A program made the translations under genes and the position numbers. 64,000 bases of DNA from Vitrella brassicaformis CCMP3155. Its lineage: Eukaryota; Protista; Chromerida. Shown here one piece after another: positions 11,501 to 23,638 of this stretch; position 1 is the first letter of the stretch; every line of letters starts with the position of its first letter. The notes beneath the pieces were generated by a model, which did no database searches, was not told the origin of the DNA, and saw only the letters and a program-made list of their open reading frames with translations. Where the stretch lies: positions 186,001 to 250,000 of the forward strand of contig CDMY01000603.1 of the NCBI GenBank assembly GCA_001179505.1. The letters are read 5' to 3'.

Positions 11501-13933
11501 CATCACGCACGAGGTGAGACTGACTGACTGACAACCCATCAGACACACAGAGAGCATATCATGGCTGTATCCGTCGGTCACGCCTACACATCACATCCTC
11601 TAATACTGCTGTTCAGTTCGCTGACGTCATCTCACAGCTCGAGAGTGCCCCTGCCGACCAGCCACCTGCAGCAGCTGATGTGTCTGAGACGGCAGCCGCC
11701 CCTGCAGCAGCCGCAGCAGCAGCAGCAGCCGCCATGCCCTCCCAGGCTGCATCCGCCAGAGAGAACAGCGCCAGCATGACGTTGGCACCCTGCATCAAGG
11801 GCAACCCCCCGCCAGATCTGCTGGTGGCCCGTCTGCTGCTGTTCCAGGATGCCTCCCCTTGGTCCAACACCGACCCGTACAAGGTGGTGCGGCGAGTGGT
11901 GAGCCTGGGCGGCCCGGAGGAGGACTGCGCGGCACACATGAAGGTGGAGCTGGCGGAGCAGCAGCTGACGTCGCCGTCATTCACCATCGAGGGCTTCATC
12001 TACGACGACTTCATCAAGCGTCAGGCTGCCGAGGGGCGCCTTCTCAACTGGAGCAGCGACGCGGCCGTGACAGGTTCGGCGGACGGCGTGGTGGTGGTCT
12101 TCTTTGTTGGCTTCACTCTCGACCCCACGGCCCACCCGAAGAGCGCTCAGCTGGTGTCACAGGGCAGGTTCCGCGTGTGGAAGTCTCCGGGGCAGCAGGA
12201 GGGGCGTGGCAGACAGCGGGGCACGAGCACGGACATGGTGGGCGACCGGCCGTTCCTGTACTGCGGCATGGACGCTAACCGCGAGGTGGTGCTCTATCGC
12301 ATTTGTCCGCAGTGCCAGCAGTTCGTCCGTGGCCTGCACCACCGCATTCGCCATTGGCCCACATGCCCGGCATACGAAGCACATCCCGACGAGGTGACTG
12401 ACCGACCAGCTGACAGGAACGTCGAGAGCCGTGTATTGATTGCATCGGTATGCATGTTTGCCTCGTGTGTGTCTCCATGTGTCTGTGCAGTCTGACCAGG
12501 AGCATCCTGCCATGGCTGGCCCCCTGCTGCCACCCGACGCTCCACTGGTGAGCAACAAAGGGCACGCCTCGAGATGGATATCACCTGCCACGAGTGCACT
12601 GGTCCCATCCATCCGTCCATCCATATATGTGTGTGTGTGTGTGTGTGTCTCTGTGTGTCTTTGTGTGTGTGTGCTTCAGCCGCTGCCTGCCCCAGTGTCT
12701 GAGCGGCGGCCCCTCAGCTACCCACCCGGCATCCAGCGTGCGCGTGGCCGCAAGAAGGTCGTCAAGGAGGAGGTCAACAGCGACGTCACGCCCCCTCATG
12801 AGACGGGTGCCGCTGACGAGGAGTGCCCTGCCGTCGACATAGACTTGCAGCAGCGGCAGCAGCCCGACAGAGTGGCCCCCAAGAGGCGAGCCAAGCGAGC
12901 GGCGAGCAAGGCGGCAGCAGCAGCAGCAGCAGCAGCAGATGACACACTAGACGACGGCGACGATGACCAACATCAGCCGGACGCCGGCCAGACAGACATT
13001 GAGCCAGCAAAGAAAAGGAAGACCCCCAAGAAGACCGCTGCTGCCAGTAGAACACAAGACAAGGAGGACGAGCCACGCCAGGCACGCGGCAAGCGCAAGC
13101 CGACCGACACGCCGACAGCCAGCCAGAGGAAGCGCAAGGCGGCCAAGAAGCAGCCGATGGAGAGCGCGTCGGTGTTCGGTATTTCCCTGGCTGAGCTGCT
13201 CAAGGATGGGGGGCATGGGGCGCTCCTGACGGGCAGCGACATCCCCACCGAGTACGGCGGCGGGTCGGCCGATCTGCAGCCCGATGCCCTGCTGTCTCTG
13301 GAGATCGCTCAACAGCAACAAGGAGGCGGTGAGGGAGAGGTCCCACAGCAATCAATGGCGACGGTCTACCGCATAGAGGGCTTTTGCCTGCCTGACGACG
13401 AGGGCGGCAAGCAGAGGCCAGCCACGCAGCAACAGCAGGCGTCTTCTGCCGGTTCAGGCCCCCTCCTCTCCTTCGCCTTCCACCTCGGCACATCGCGAAT
13501 AGACAGCAATGGTGCCAATGCGGCAATGGCAATGGCGGCCGGCCAGCCGACTGCGCGTGTCTGGCGTCTGGAGGGGGAGGGCGGCCAACCAGCGGTCGAC
13601 AGCTACCCATTCGACTCAGACGCGGTCAACGTGGTGGTGGTGGATCTGTGCACTCACTGCGGTGCGTACGGCCAGCGGTCGGACAGCAGGGGCGACGGCA
13701 TAGAGCACAACGAGGCGTGCCCCGTGCCAGCCATGCAGGAGGTTAGTTCATCTGCCGGTGTGGGTGTGGCTTCGCGTGTCAAAGGGGGACGGCCCAAGAA
13801 GACTGCGAGCGGCTTGTCAAACACGAAGAGCAAGAGGGGCAGCAGTAGGAGTGCCGCTGGTGGTGGTGGCGGTGGTGGTGGTGTGGGTGGTGCTGCTGGT
13901 GGTGGCGCGTGCGAGCACATCGCCGACCTGTGA
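8574..13933 (+). CDS. ~1500-aa multidomain protein: repeated C2HC-terminated domain (x4), about 4 ankyrin repeats, unknown globular domain, basic low-complexity linker; 5' end unresolved
   Basis: GT-AG exons join in phase: ...-8840, 8925-9491, 9589-9720, 9789-10628, 10715-11056, 11144-11367, 11450-11513, 11617-12447, 12491-12547, 12680-13933. Ankyrin motifs WTPLQMA, QTPLVLAA, GDTLVHLCA, GETPLSAA. Confidence 0.75.
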
Positions 13934-14287
13934 ACACATACACACACGTGACGTATGTATAGACAGACAAACACATTTCACACATTGATGCACACACACA
14001 CACACACACAGGCAGACATAGATTGCCTGCCCTGTGCATGGCATGCAGTATAGAGAGCATTGAACAGACTCCTTTTCATTCAAACAGACTCGAGAATGGC
14101 CAGGAAGTGAATGAATGAATGAATGAGTCAACGAATGATTGAACGACTCGACTGACTGACCCGCCCTGTTGTCTATCTGGTGGTGTGTATCGTTGGGTAC
14201 ACGAAGTGGCCATCGAATATGAGCGGTAGGGTTTGAGACCCTGAAACCCGAAGAACCCTACGGAGAGGGAAGCGAGGCTCAGGGCGG

Positions 14288-15308
14288 ATGCCACCAGCGC
14301 GACCGGCCGGTGAGGGAGAGTCTCAGACTGGAGGGGCAGTTGGCACCAGTTCCAGCGCGACTGGCCGACCTCCTGGCACCCCCGCTCTTCTGCGTTTGAA
14401 ATTGAGCGGGCGAGAGGCTCCGGTCCTCTTTGAGACTGATTGGGTGGAACCGACGAGGCGATGGGGCGACGCCCCGCAGGGACGACGGAATGCCGCACTG
14501 ATAGGGATGAGTCTCCCCTACAAGATAGTCAACGAGAGAGCCCAGGACCACGGTATCCGCGCAATGCCATCCGATGAATGACACAACAGTCGGTCTCTTC
14601 GCATGTCGTCGGCTGCATCTGTGTGTAGGCAGGACGTTGGCGGAGAGACTCAGGGACAACGAACCCATCGTGATCAATGGCAGCGCCAAGCTGTGGGACG
14701 AGCACACGAGCATGGTCTTCAGCGAAGGCTTCCCTGTCGAGTTGCCCAAGGACGTCACAGTGAGCCGGGTGAAAGCCGAGCTCAAGCGATGGGGGATTGT
14801 GGCGGAGGAGACCGATATCCTATCCACCCAAATACTAAGGTGGGCGCTCAAGGATTGAGTCGGAAATGCATCTGTACATTTCATGGCGGCTGTCTGATCT
14901 CTCTCAGAGTCTTGTGTTTGAGGTTATGGGAGAGTGTGCAGCGGTGGTGGCGGAGAGGGCGTGAGCCAACACTGCTATAACAGTAATGCACCACCGCCAC
15001 CACAGCAAATGGACGAGGGGGGTGTTGACAGTGAAGCATATGCCCTTGACTCCCTCCCTCTCCCTCTGCAGGTGTGTCCCGTCTGCTTCTCATCTGCCAG
15101 CCAGCATATGTCTCCGAGGCCGCCAGACGGTGTGCCTGCGACACCAATCCTCGGCCCAGAGCTGCCACAGCGCCAGGACAGCCAGGAGTTGCGCAGGGGG
15201 CAGGGGCAGCTGGGTGAGGGTGAAATGACCAGCACAAGGATGGGGGAGACCATTGTGCGGGGCGCTACCGTTGGGGCTGGGCCGATCGCACAGGTGATTG
15301 ATCAATGA
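14288..15308 (+). CDS. BTB/POZ (KCTD-type)-like protein; 3' exon structure uncertain, ends in the duplicated alveolin tail
   Basis: Exons 14288-14552 and 14629-14839: LLRLKLSGREAPVLFET...PIVINGSAKLWD...FPVELP...VKAELKRWGI, resembling the BTB core (IDRD.LF...LP.....EL..WG). Confidence 0.5.
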
Positions 15309-15561
15309 GACACCAGCAATGCATTGAGGGGCCTCTCGTGTCCTCTCTGCGAACGCATGTCTGTCTGTCTGTCTCTGTCTCTGTCTTCAGTATAATGCTG
15401 GCCATGGTGAGTTGGGTGCGGAGGTGCAGCGAGACTTTGCTCCTGAGTTGGCCCAGCAGGGCATCAGAGTCTCCCACAGGCACACACGCAGCGACTGACT
15501 GATATACACTGTCGGACTGAATCAATGGTCCTGGTGGTATTCACGGCGTGTTGTGCATGGC
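15078..15561 (-). repeat. Right arm of ~480-bp inverted duplication (partner 7130-7607)
   Basis: Reverse complement of 7130-7607. Confidence 0.95.
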
Positions 15562-15756
15562 TTAAACTCATCTCATAGGTGCGCACGATGATTCATTCGG
15601 CACGCAAACACGCACACGTCTGTCCGTCAGCGAGTGACACACACACAAAATAACAGTAGTGTCTGTGCTAACATAACAGACTATACACCGCCACGCATGG
15701 AATACCGAGCTTCCCGTCCCCACCACACCACACCAACCACCCCATTCATTATATAC

Positions 15757-17796
15757 TCAATCAAGAGCCCGCAGATATGCCATGCAATCCCTCTCCCGCC
15801 GTCTCGTCTCATCCCGCCTCTCTGCCGCCTCCCACGCACTCGAGACGCCCATCACCACCCACTCGGGCAAATCGGCACTGAAGTCATCCCGCTCTTCGTA
15901 TTTCACCACAGTCAGAGCTCTGAGCTTTTCTTCGGCCCTCGACCGCCACCACCCCCTGCCCCTCCCCCTCGTGGCCGCCAGCCGTTTCATGTCGCGGTGT
16001 GAGTGCGGGGCGGTGAGGGATGCGGGCGGGGGAAGGGGTATGCCGAGTGGCGGTACTGCACCAATGTCTCTCTGATGGGGGATGCATGGCCCACCCGTGT
16101 GGTCCATCTGCCGCCTCTCAGGGTCAGCGGTGAGGGCTGGCGACGATGAGGCCGCAGACAGCTGAGCGGTTTCCTTGGGCTCCTCTGCCGCTTCTTCCAT
16201 CACATGGCGGGGGGGCATGCGGATGAAATCCTCCAGCGACATAATCGGAGCCTCACCCTCATCGGCCGATGATGCCGGCTGCGCCTCAATAGCCCTCCTC
16301 TCCTCGTCCGACGGCAACTCAACAGCAGCAGCAGCAGCAGCAGCGATAGACTCCGACGGCTGAGCCACTTCTGACCCTCGACGGTCCTCTCCCTCAACCA
16401 TAGGCACAGCAGATGGCAGGCCCGGTGCTGGTGCTGGCTCAGCGGTCTTATCGGCAGCTTGCTGGTCCTCGGAGCTCTTCCCCTCAGCAGCAGCGGGTGG
16501 GTGCGACACGGCCGCATGAGCACCGCCCCCAGCAGATGGCGAGCCAGGCACACGCGCAATGGGCGGCCGGACCTGCCGCAATGGCGGCAGAAAAGACAGC
16601 ATTGTCTTGTCGTCAACAGACCTTGCCGATCGCGAGCCGAGCTCGTCGGCTTCATGTTCCTGCTGCTGCTGCTTGCGTGAGGGAGGCAGCACCGGCAGGG
16701 AGGGTGTTGGGCTGCCTGGCGCGTGTGGGTGTGGCGGCAGAACGAGAGGGGGCTGCTGCTGCTGCTGCTGCTGTGTCTGGGGCTGTGGTTGCGTTGAAGG
16801 GGAGGAAGGGAAGGACGGAAAAGGGATAACTGTGGTGGCGGTGATGGAGGTGGGGCAGCTGGGCGAGGCAGGCACCGACGCACCCCGCCCTGCAGCACCG
16901 GGCTGGGCACTGGCAGTGGCCATCCACGAGCCAAAGAACGATGACACCACGGGGCTCTGAAAGACACAGACAGACAGACAGACAGACAGACAACACATTC
17001 TTGGCCATTCATTTGCCGCGTCCTGTGTCCTCACCACCAGTGTCTGCGGGGGGGTTGGTAGTGTCGGCATTGTCGGCAATGTCGGCAAGCTCAGCCGCCG
17101 GAATGCTGCAGCAGTGCGGGAGGGCGCCAGCAGCCAATCGGGTATCTCCCCAAGACCGATAGAGTGGATGAACTCGTTGGCGAAGTGACACGAGTTGCGG
17201 TCGACTGCGTCGTAGGAGTCGGCTCTCCAGTCGCTTGCCATCCGCCTGAGAATGAACTTTATCTCCTCCTCGCTGCGACGGGTGAACCCCTGACACCCAA
17301 CACAGCACAGCACAACAACCGTGCCAGCCAGAGTGATGCTGCTTCACTTCACTTCACTCTGCCCTTTGCTCTCTCACCATTTCGATTCGCTGCCTGTGTG
17401 TGAAGCCCTGCTTTGGGCCGCCGGGATTCCAGCTCACAGCGATGCCTACAGAGGGATATTGACGAAAGTGAGCAGACGATAAGCGGCGAGATGACAAGCG
17501 AGTCCTCCATCAGCATATGACTGGCTGACCTGAGTCGTTGATGCAGCCTGGGCGGCTCTCGCTGCTGAAGTCCAGTTCCTTCTTGTAGACCTCCACGCCG
17601 CAGTGGTACACGCCTGCATGGCATGCAGACAGCACACGGAGACCTCCATGCACGCCTCTATAGAAGTGTCGAGGAAAACAGTGCTTTGGCAGTGGTTCGT
17701 TCTGTTACCCGTGCCGATTGCTCGCATGATCTGACCGATTGCAGGGTGTGCAGGGTCATACACGTGCACGTACACAGGACTCCCATGCTCATCCAT
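15757..17796 (-). CDS. PPPDE/DeSI-family peptidase-like protein with long low-complexity C-terminus
   Basis: Spliced motifs VYVHVYD, GVYHCGVEVY, HRQRIEMGFTRRSEEEIKFILRRMASDW, YDAVDRNSCHFANEF...IPDWL. Possible upstream start at 17937. Confidence 0.85.
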
Positions 17797-18028
17797 TTCG
17801 CTCTTTCCCTCCCTCAAGCCAGAGAAGAGAAGCTCGCAGCTCCGTGAAACAGCTCCCCCCCTTGAAACAGCTGGTGGAAGGTAGGTGGAAGAGGAAGAAG
17901 GTAGCTTGGGAAGGAGCGGCTGCGACTCACTCCTCATAATACACACAGGTGAGCTGGCGTCAGTGCACTGATGCATTTACCTGGAACCGTCCACGATGCT
18001 ATGGATGTTTGTTTCAAGATCATAGAGA

Positions 18029-19911
18029 ATGGCATCGTCATTGTCCGTCACCGTGTCCGAGTGCAGCCTCTGCAAGGAGGAGTATGAGCCGTCGGGCAGC
18101 AAAGGGCCTCGGGTGCTCAGATGCGGTGAGTGCTCTCCAGCAAACGCCACACCACCTGTGCTGTGCTTTGCTGTGCTGTGTGTTGTCTGCTGCGTGTTTG
18201 GTCAGGCCATTCGTTCTGTGCTCAGGTAGTGAGTGACGCACACGCCGGGTGCCTAACCTGCCAGGCTGGGCTGCACGCATGGCTTGGATGTCATGTTTGC
18301 AATCAGTGCATCGTGGCGCTCATCAACCAACACCCTCATGGCCACCGCCAGGCCATCTGCCCCCTCTGCAAGTACGCTCACACACACAACACACACACAC
18401 ACACACACACAACACACATCTATCTAAAGCTGCTCTTTCTTGGGTGTGTGTGTGTGTGTGTGTTAGGGAGGTGACTGCGGAGGTGTGTGCGCGTGACAAC
18501 TATTTGGCGCGCGAGTGTGTGGAGCAGCAGTGGCAGCTGCGGGCGGCCTTGGAGCCGGATGCTCCCATGCCCCCGACCAAGGTCGTGTTCCGCGTCCGCC
18601 TCCCGACCGACTACTTCTACAGCCGCCGCCTCGGCAGACGCTGGGTGGAGCGTGTGCGGCTCGTGGGCAACCTCCCGACACTAGGTAGGTAGGTATATCT
18701 CGTTAGTACTAACGCCGCCCGTTGGAATGAATGAGTCAATGAATGATGCCACCCACAGGTTCGTGGGATCCTATGAAGGGCCTGGAGCTGACCACAAGTG
18801 ACGCCATGTGAGAGGAGCGTTGGCGGCGGTGGCTGTGTCACTCATAGTGTCTGTCTGTCTGTCTGTCGGTCGGTCGGTCGGTGTGTGCGTCAGGTATCCT
18901 GTGTGGCAGTCGCAGCCAATCAACGTGCCTCTTGGGGAGAAGGTGGAGTACAAGTACGTGACGGTCGACACCTGGTGTCGGCAGCTTCGCATCAAGTGGG
19001 AGGACCGCAAAGCCAACAGAGAACTCATCCCTTGGGGTACGCGAAGCCAAGCCGCGCCGTGTCAGACAGACGCGACACAGTGTCTGGTGTGCATCCGTCC
19101 ATCTGCACAGTTGAGGGCGGCAGTGTTGTTGGTAGCTTCGGCTACCGCGTGGTGCATGACGACCTGGGCAGCATGTGAGCCCCGACGGACACAACGCGGC
19201 TGCCTCATCTCACCATCCATGTGTGTGCCTGCGTCTGTCTGTCTGTCGCTCAGCCCCTCGGCACACGCCGCCTGCATCACCGACTGGCTGGGCGGCAGTG
19301 CACACCTCACTCTCCACTACTGGTACGGACGCACCACACACGTGGATGTGCCTTTCATCCACTGTGTGTGTGTGTGTGCGTGTGTGTGCGTGTGTGTGTG
19401 TGTGTGTATGTCAGCTCATCGCGTGACGGCAAGACGTACGACGATCTACTCCGCCACGTGGGCAGCAAGCACCGGGTGGTGTTGGTCATCAGCCACGGCG
19501 CACACCTCTTCGGGTGCTACGTCCATGAAGGCCTCCAGCCGCCCCAGAACTCCAGCAGCAAGCACAGCTACGCCAGTGTGGTGTGGTGGTTCTCCCTGGC
19601 CGGCGGCCACTTCGACACCCCCACCAAGGTGCTGGTCCAGGACACAAGAACGGGCCATGATAATGATGCCGATGCTGAGCGCAGTGCCGTCAGTGTGTGT
19701 GTGGCTGGTGACAAGTGCGTCCGGTGCGGCGACGGGGCGTGCGTGTCTATCGGATGGCTGTGTCTGGGGTGGGGGGGGCGCTGGCGGCACGTGTGAGGCC
19801 GACATCCGGCGCTGTTTTCAGTGCCCGCCGAAACGGTGCTGGGGCGACGCGGATGACTGGCGTGACGCCGTCTTCACGGCTGATGAAATTCAGGTTGTGG
19901 CGGTGCAGTAG
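18029..19911 (+). CDS. RING-HC E3 ligase - CBM20 starch-binding domain - TLDc domain protein (9 exons; 1-nt frameshift in a G run near the 3' end)
   Basis: Exons 18029-18125, 18206-18225, 18307-18371, 18467-18684, 18759-18807, 18894-19036, 19111-19174, 19254-19322, 19415-19911. RING: CSLC...CGHSFCAQC...CPLC. CBM20: VVFRV...LVGNLPTLGSWDP...LTTSDAMYPVW...VEYKYV...WE. TLDc: LHYCSSRDG...LFGCYV...FTADEIQV. Confidence 0.85.
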
Positions 19912-20507
19912 AATGGCGGGCGGGGGCTGGGGAGGGGGGTATTGTACATAGATCGCATCGACAGCGGAGGGAAAGTGCCATGGCACCACCTGACGAGAGT
20001 GTCGTTCTCCTCCATCTGGCTATTGTCATTCATTCATTGATCCATTCATTCGTCCAGTGTGGGTGAGTGGATGTACTACAGTGGTTGGTGGGGGTGGGGG
20101 CGGCTTCTGTGTGAGTTGAGTGTGTGTGATTGTGTGAGTGTGTGTGATTGTGTGAGTTGTGTGTGTGTAAGGTGTCATGTGTGAGTTGCGTGTACATAAA
20201 TAACACCATCTCAGAGATGACTGTCAGACTCCCAACGAATAAAAATCTCCCTTGCAATACAAATACGGCCACACTCACTGAACAGACAGTGGCCGGGCGG
20301 GAAAAATGACAGCAAGCTGCCCTCTCAAGCGGTCACCACACGTCTGTCTGTCTACTCAAACACCCTCACATATGCACAGCACGCAACTACACACACTTTC
20401 AGAAACACACACACACACACGAGACGCATCTATCCCTCTCCGTCTCTGTCTCTGCCACGCACTCTCAGACACCGCCACAGAACACAAAAACTCATTCATT
20501 CACTTAT

Positions 20508-23500
20508 TTATTCGTCGATCATCTCGACTTCTGTGACGGCCGGTGGTGCGACGGTGGGGTCGGGCGGGTAGCGGAAGAGCCAGTCACGGAACCTCTCCAG
20601 CTCTGCCAGGTGCTCGTCCAGACGAGCCTGCCCGCCCTTGACCAACTCGTTGCCCCGCTGGATCAAACCAGACTGAAGACAGACACACAACATAAACACA
20701 GAGGGGGAGAGCTGGTGCGGGTGAAGGGGCGGGTGGGGGCGAATGTACCTTGGCGCAGAATCTTTGCACGAGTGTGGCGCGGTGGACCCGCATCTCCTCG
20801 TACTCGCGGACAGCCGCCGGCAGGAGGGCGTTCATCTCTGTGAAGCACATCGACATCGCAGCACATCAACTCAGCTAGCTCACCATCAACAGCACAGCAC
20901 AGCAAGGAAAGCCGCCCGCCTCACTCACATAACATACACAAGAGAGAGCGTCCCAGTACCTGCCGACTGGACCTTGTCAGCTCCGATGTCAGCGATGATC
21001 TTGTCGATGGCCGCAGTGAGGCAGTGCACGTCCTGATTGGTCAGATCGACACACCGACCAACACACACAACACGCCGTGTGTGTGTGTGTGTGTGCGACT
21101 CGGTCGCTTGGCTTGCCTCAAAGGTCTGGTTGGCGCCCTGGCCTGGATCAGGGTGGGGGGCGTGCGCAGCGTCACCCAGCAGCACCACACGACCCTACGC
21201 ACACACACGCGCACACACATTGAAAGACAGGTGCAATGCAGACACATCACACAGCAGACACAAGACACAAACAAGGGCATACAGACTTACGGAGGGTGTG
21301 CTCCACTGCTTGAGTGCCTTCCTCGCGTAGATGCCTCTCTGGTAGATGCGGCTGGCGGGGGTGGCCTTGACGCAAGCCACGATGTCGGCCACCTGACGCG
21401 GCACCTCCTCGCCCTTCTCGCCACCCCCTCCAGCTCCAGCAGCACCGCCACCGCCACCGCCACCGCCCCCTCCACCACGTGTGAGGTAGGCGATGACCTC
21501 CTCCTTCAGCCCCGCCGCACCGATCTTGCCGCGGCCGTCGAAGTGCCACGCCTCCACACGCACCTGCACATTGACACACACACAGACATACACACACAGA
21601 CATACATTGTGGTGTGGTGGGGTGGGCTGGGCTGGGATGGGTAACAGACCTGCCAGAAGGTTTGGCCGTGTCCGCATGGGCACATGATGCAGCTGAGCGG
21701 CGGGTCCTCGACGACCAGCTTGACCAGCTCGTGGGGGGCGTGCACCGGCTTGGTGGGGGAAACGATCGACTGCACACACGAAAATTTCGCCACGTGCGAG
21801 TGCGTGTGAGAGTGTGTGTGAGAGTGTGTGTGTCTGTGTCTGTGTCTGTGTGTTGGGGGAGGGGGAGGGGGGGAAGGTGCTCACGGATGTATCGACGATG
21901 GCGTTCCAGTTCTTCTGGCCTGTTGGATGCATTGCATTCGATGGCATGACATGGCTGGGGAGAGAGATGCAAAGCAAAGCAGCGCATACGTACCGAAGAA
22001 TATGGGTGAGTCTTCCTCTGGCGGCAGCCCCGTGATGCGCCTGCGCAGCGTCGAGAAGGCGCCGTCAGCCACCACCACCAAGTGGGCCCTGGTTGAGAGA
22101 CAAGATACACACACGCAACTCACTCACCCTTGACACACAAAACACTGTTTGTGTACTTGCCTGACGGTGTAAGTGTCAGGCTGCCCCTGGAAGCGCACAG
22201 TGACCTCGGCGCCCTCCTCTGTGAAGTCCCGCCCGCCGTGTGAGCAGTGGATGGCCTCCTTCGGACACAGAGACGCCAGGTGGTTCTGATGCACCCACCG
22301 GCCCCAAACGAAGGACACACACATGATGCCAGGCCATGCTGCCCCATCCCATACCCACACACAGGCACAGGCATGGCACCTGAGCGTGTGTCCAGGGGAT
22401 GATGACCGAGGCTGACTGGTACTGCTGCTCGAACAGGCCAAAGTCGCGAGAAGAGGCCGTCTCCTGAAGGAAGGCACAGACACACAACACGCACGAGCAC
22501 AGAGAGGGAAACACAACCAACAGGCGTCTGTCTGTGTGCGTCGGTCGCTCCCTGTGTGTGTGTGTGTGTGTGTTAGACTCACTCACAGCCAGACAGACTG
22601 ACTTACCGTGCCGTCGGCCTTGCGGAGCTTGTGGACGCAGACGGGCTTGGCGCACCCCGACTTCTTGAACATCTCCACCACTTGAGGAATGGCCCTCTCT
22701 AAGGCGCGCATGCCGTTGGGGTAGCAGTGGAACACACCCTGGCCACATACACACACACACAGACAGAAACATACACAGACGCGCACAAAGGTGCAGGTGG
22801 CTCTGGTGTAGGTGGCTTGGGTCGATGGCTTGCTTACCTGCGACTGGTATCTCAGGTCAGGCGCCCTCTCAAACACGTGTGCATCCAGCCCTCGAGACCT
22901 ACACGCAACACACACAAAGACACCCATCCATCCCTCTCCCTCCCTCCCTCCCTCCGACAAGTAAGTAGTACTCTCTATTCACCTGAGGGCCGCCCCGAGA
23001 GCGAGCCCCCCCAGACCGCCCCCAATGATGGCCACCTGCACAAAGGCCGGTGCCTTCACGCCCTCGGGCACCATGACGTGCTGCGAGGGGGCGCTGTAGT
23101 AGTAGTCACTGGGGGCCGCGTCGGTCGATGGCGATGGGGCGGGGTGGTGTGGCTGTAGGTGTGCTGGTGTGGAGGGCTGGGTGGATAGGGGGAGGGAGTG
23201 GAGGTAGCTCAGCACCTCGCTCTCTGACTTCACTTCTGCGTACTTTGCCTGCACGCACACACACACACACACACACACACATGGATGGACACACATAAAG
23301 GACAAAACAGGTGTGGCTTGCCTGCAGATCGAAGAGGCTGGCGTCATGCACCTCCTGCCGCCTATCCCCCACGGCCTCCCGCACCACCACCGGCACAAAG
23401 CCGTGCTGCAGGCAGTCGGTCGCCGTGGCGCGGATGCAGCCACTCGTCGACACGCCACATATGATGAGCGTGTCCACACGGAGGGCACACAGCGAACTCG

Positions 23501-23605
23501 CCAGAGACGTCCCGAAGAAGGCGCTCGCGTAGTTCTTGACAATCACCACCTGTGCACACACACACAGGTGGCAGAGAGGAAGATGCTCACTCACTCAACG
23601 ATGTG

Positions 23606-23638
<33 letters not shown>

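Noticed and set aside
7130-15561. Large TIR transposon (Polinton/MULE) carrying cargo genes
   Set aside because: No transposase, integrase or polymerase inside and no target-site duplication. The left arm is part of the alveolin's own last exon.
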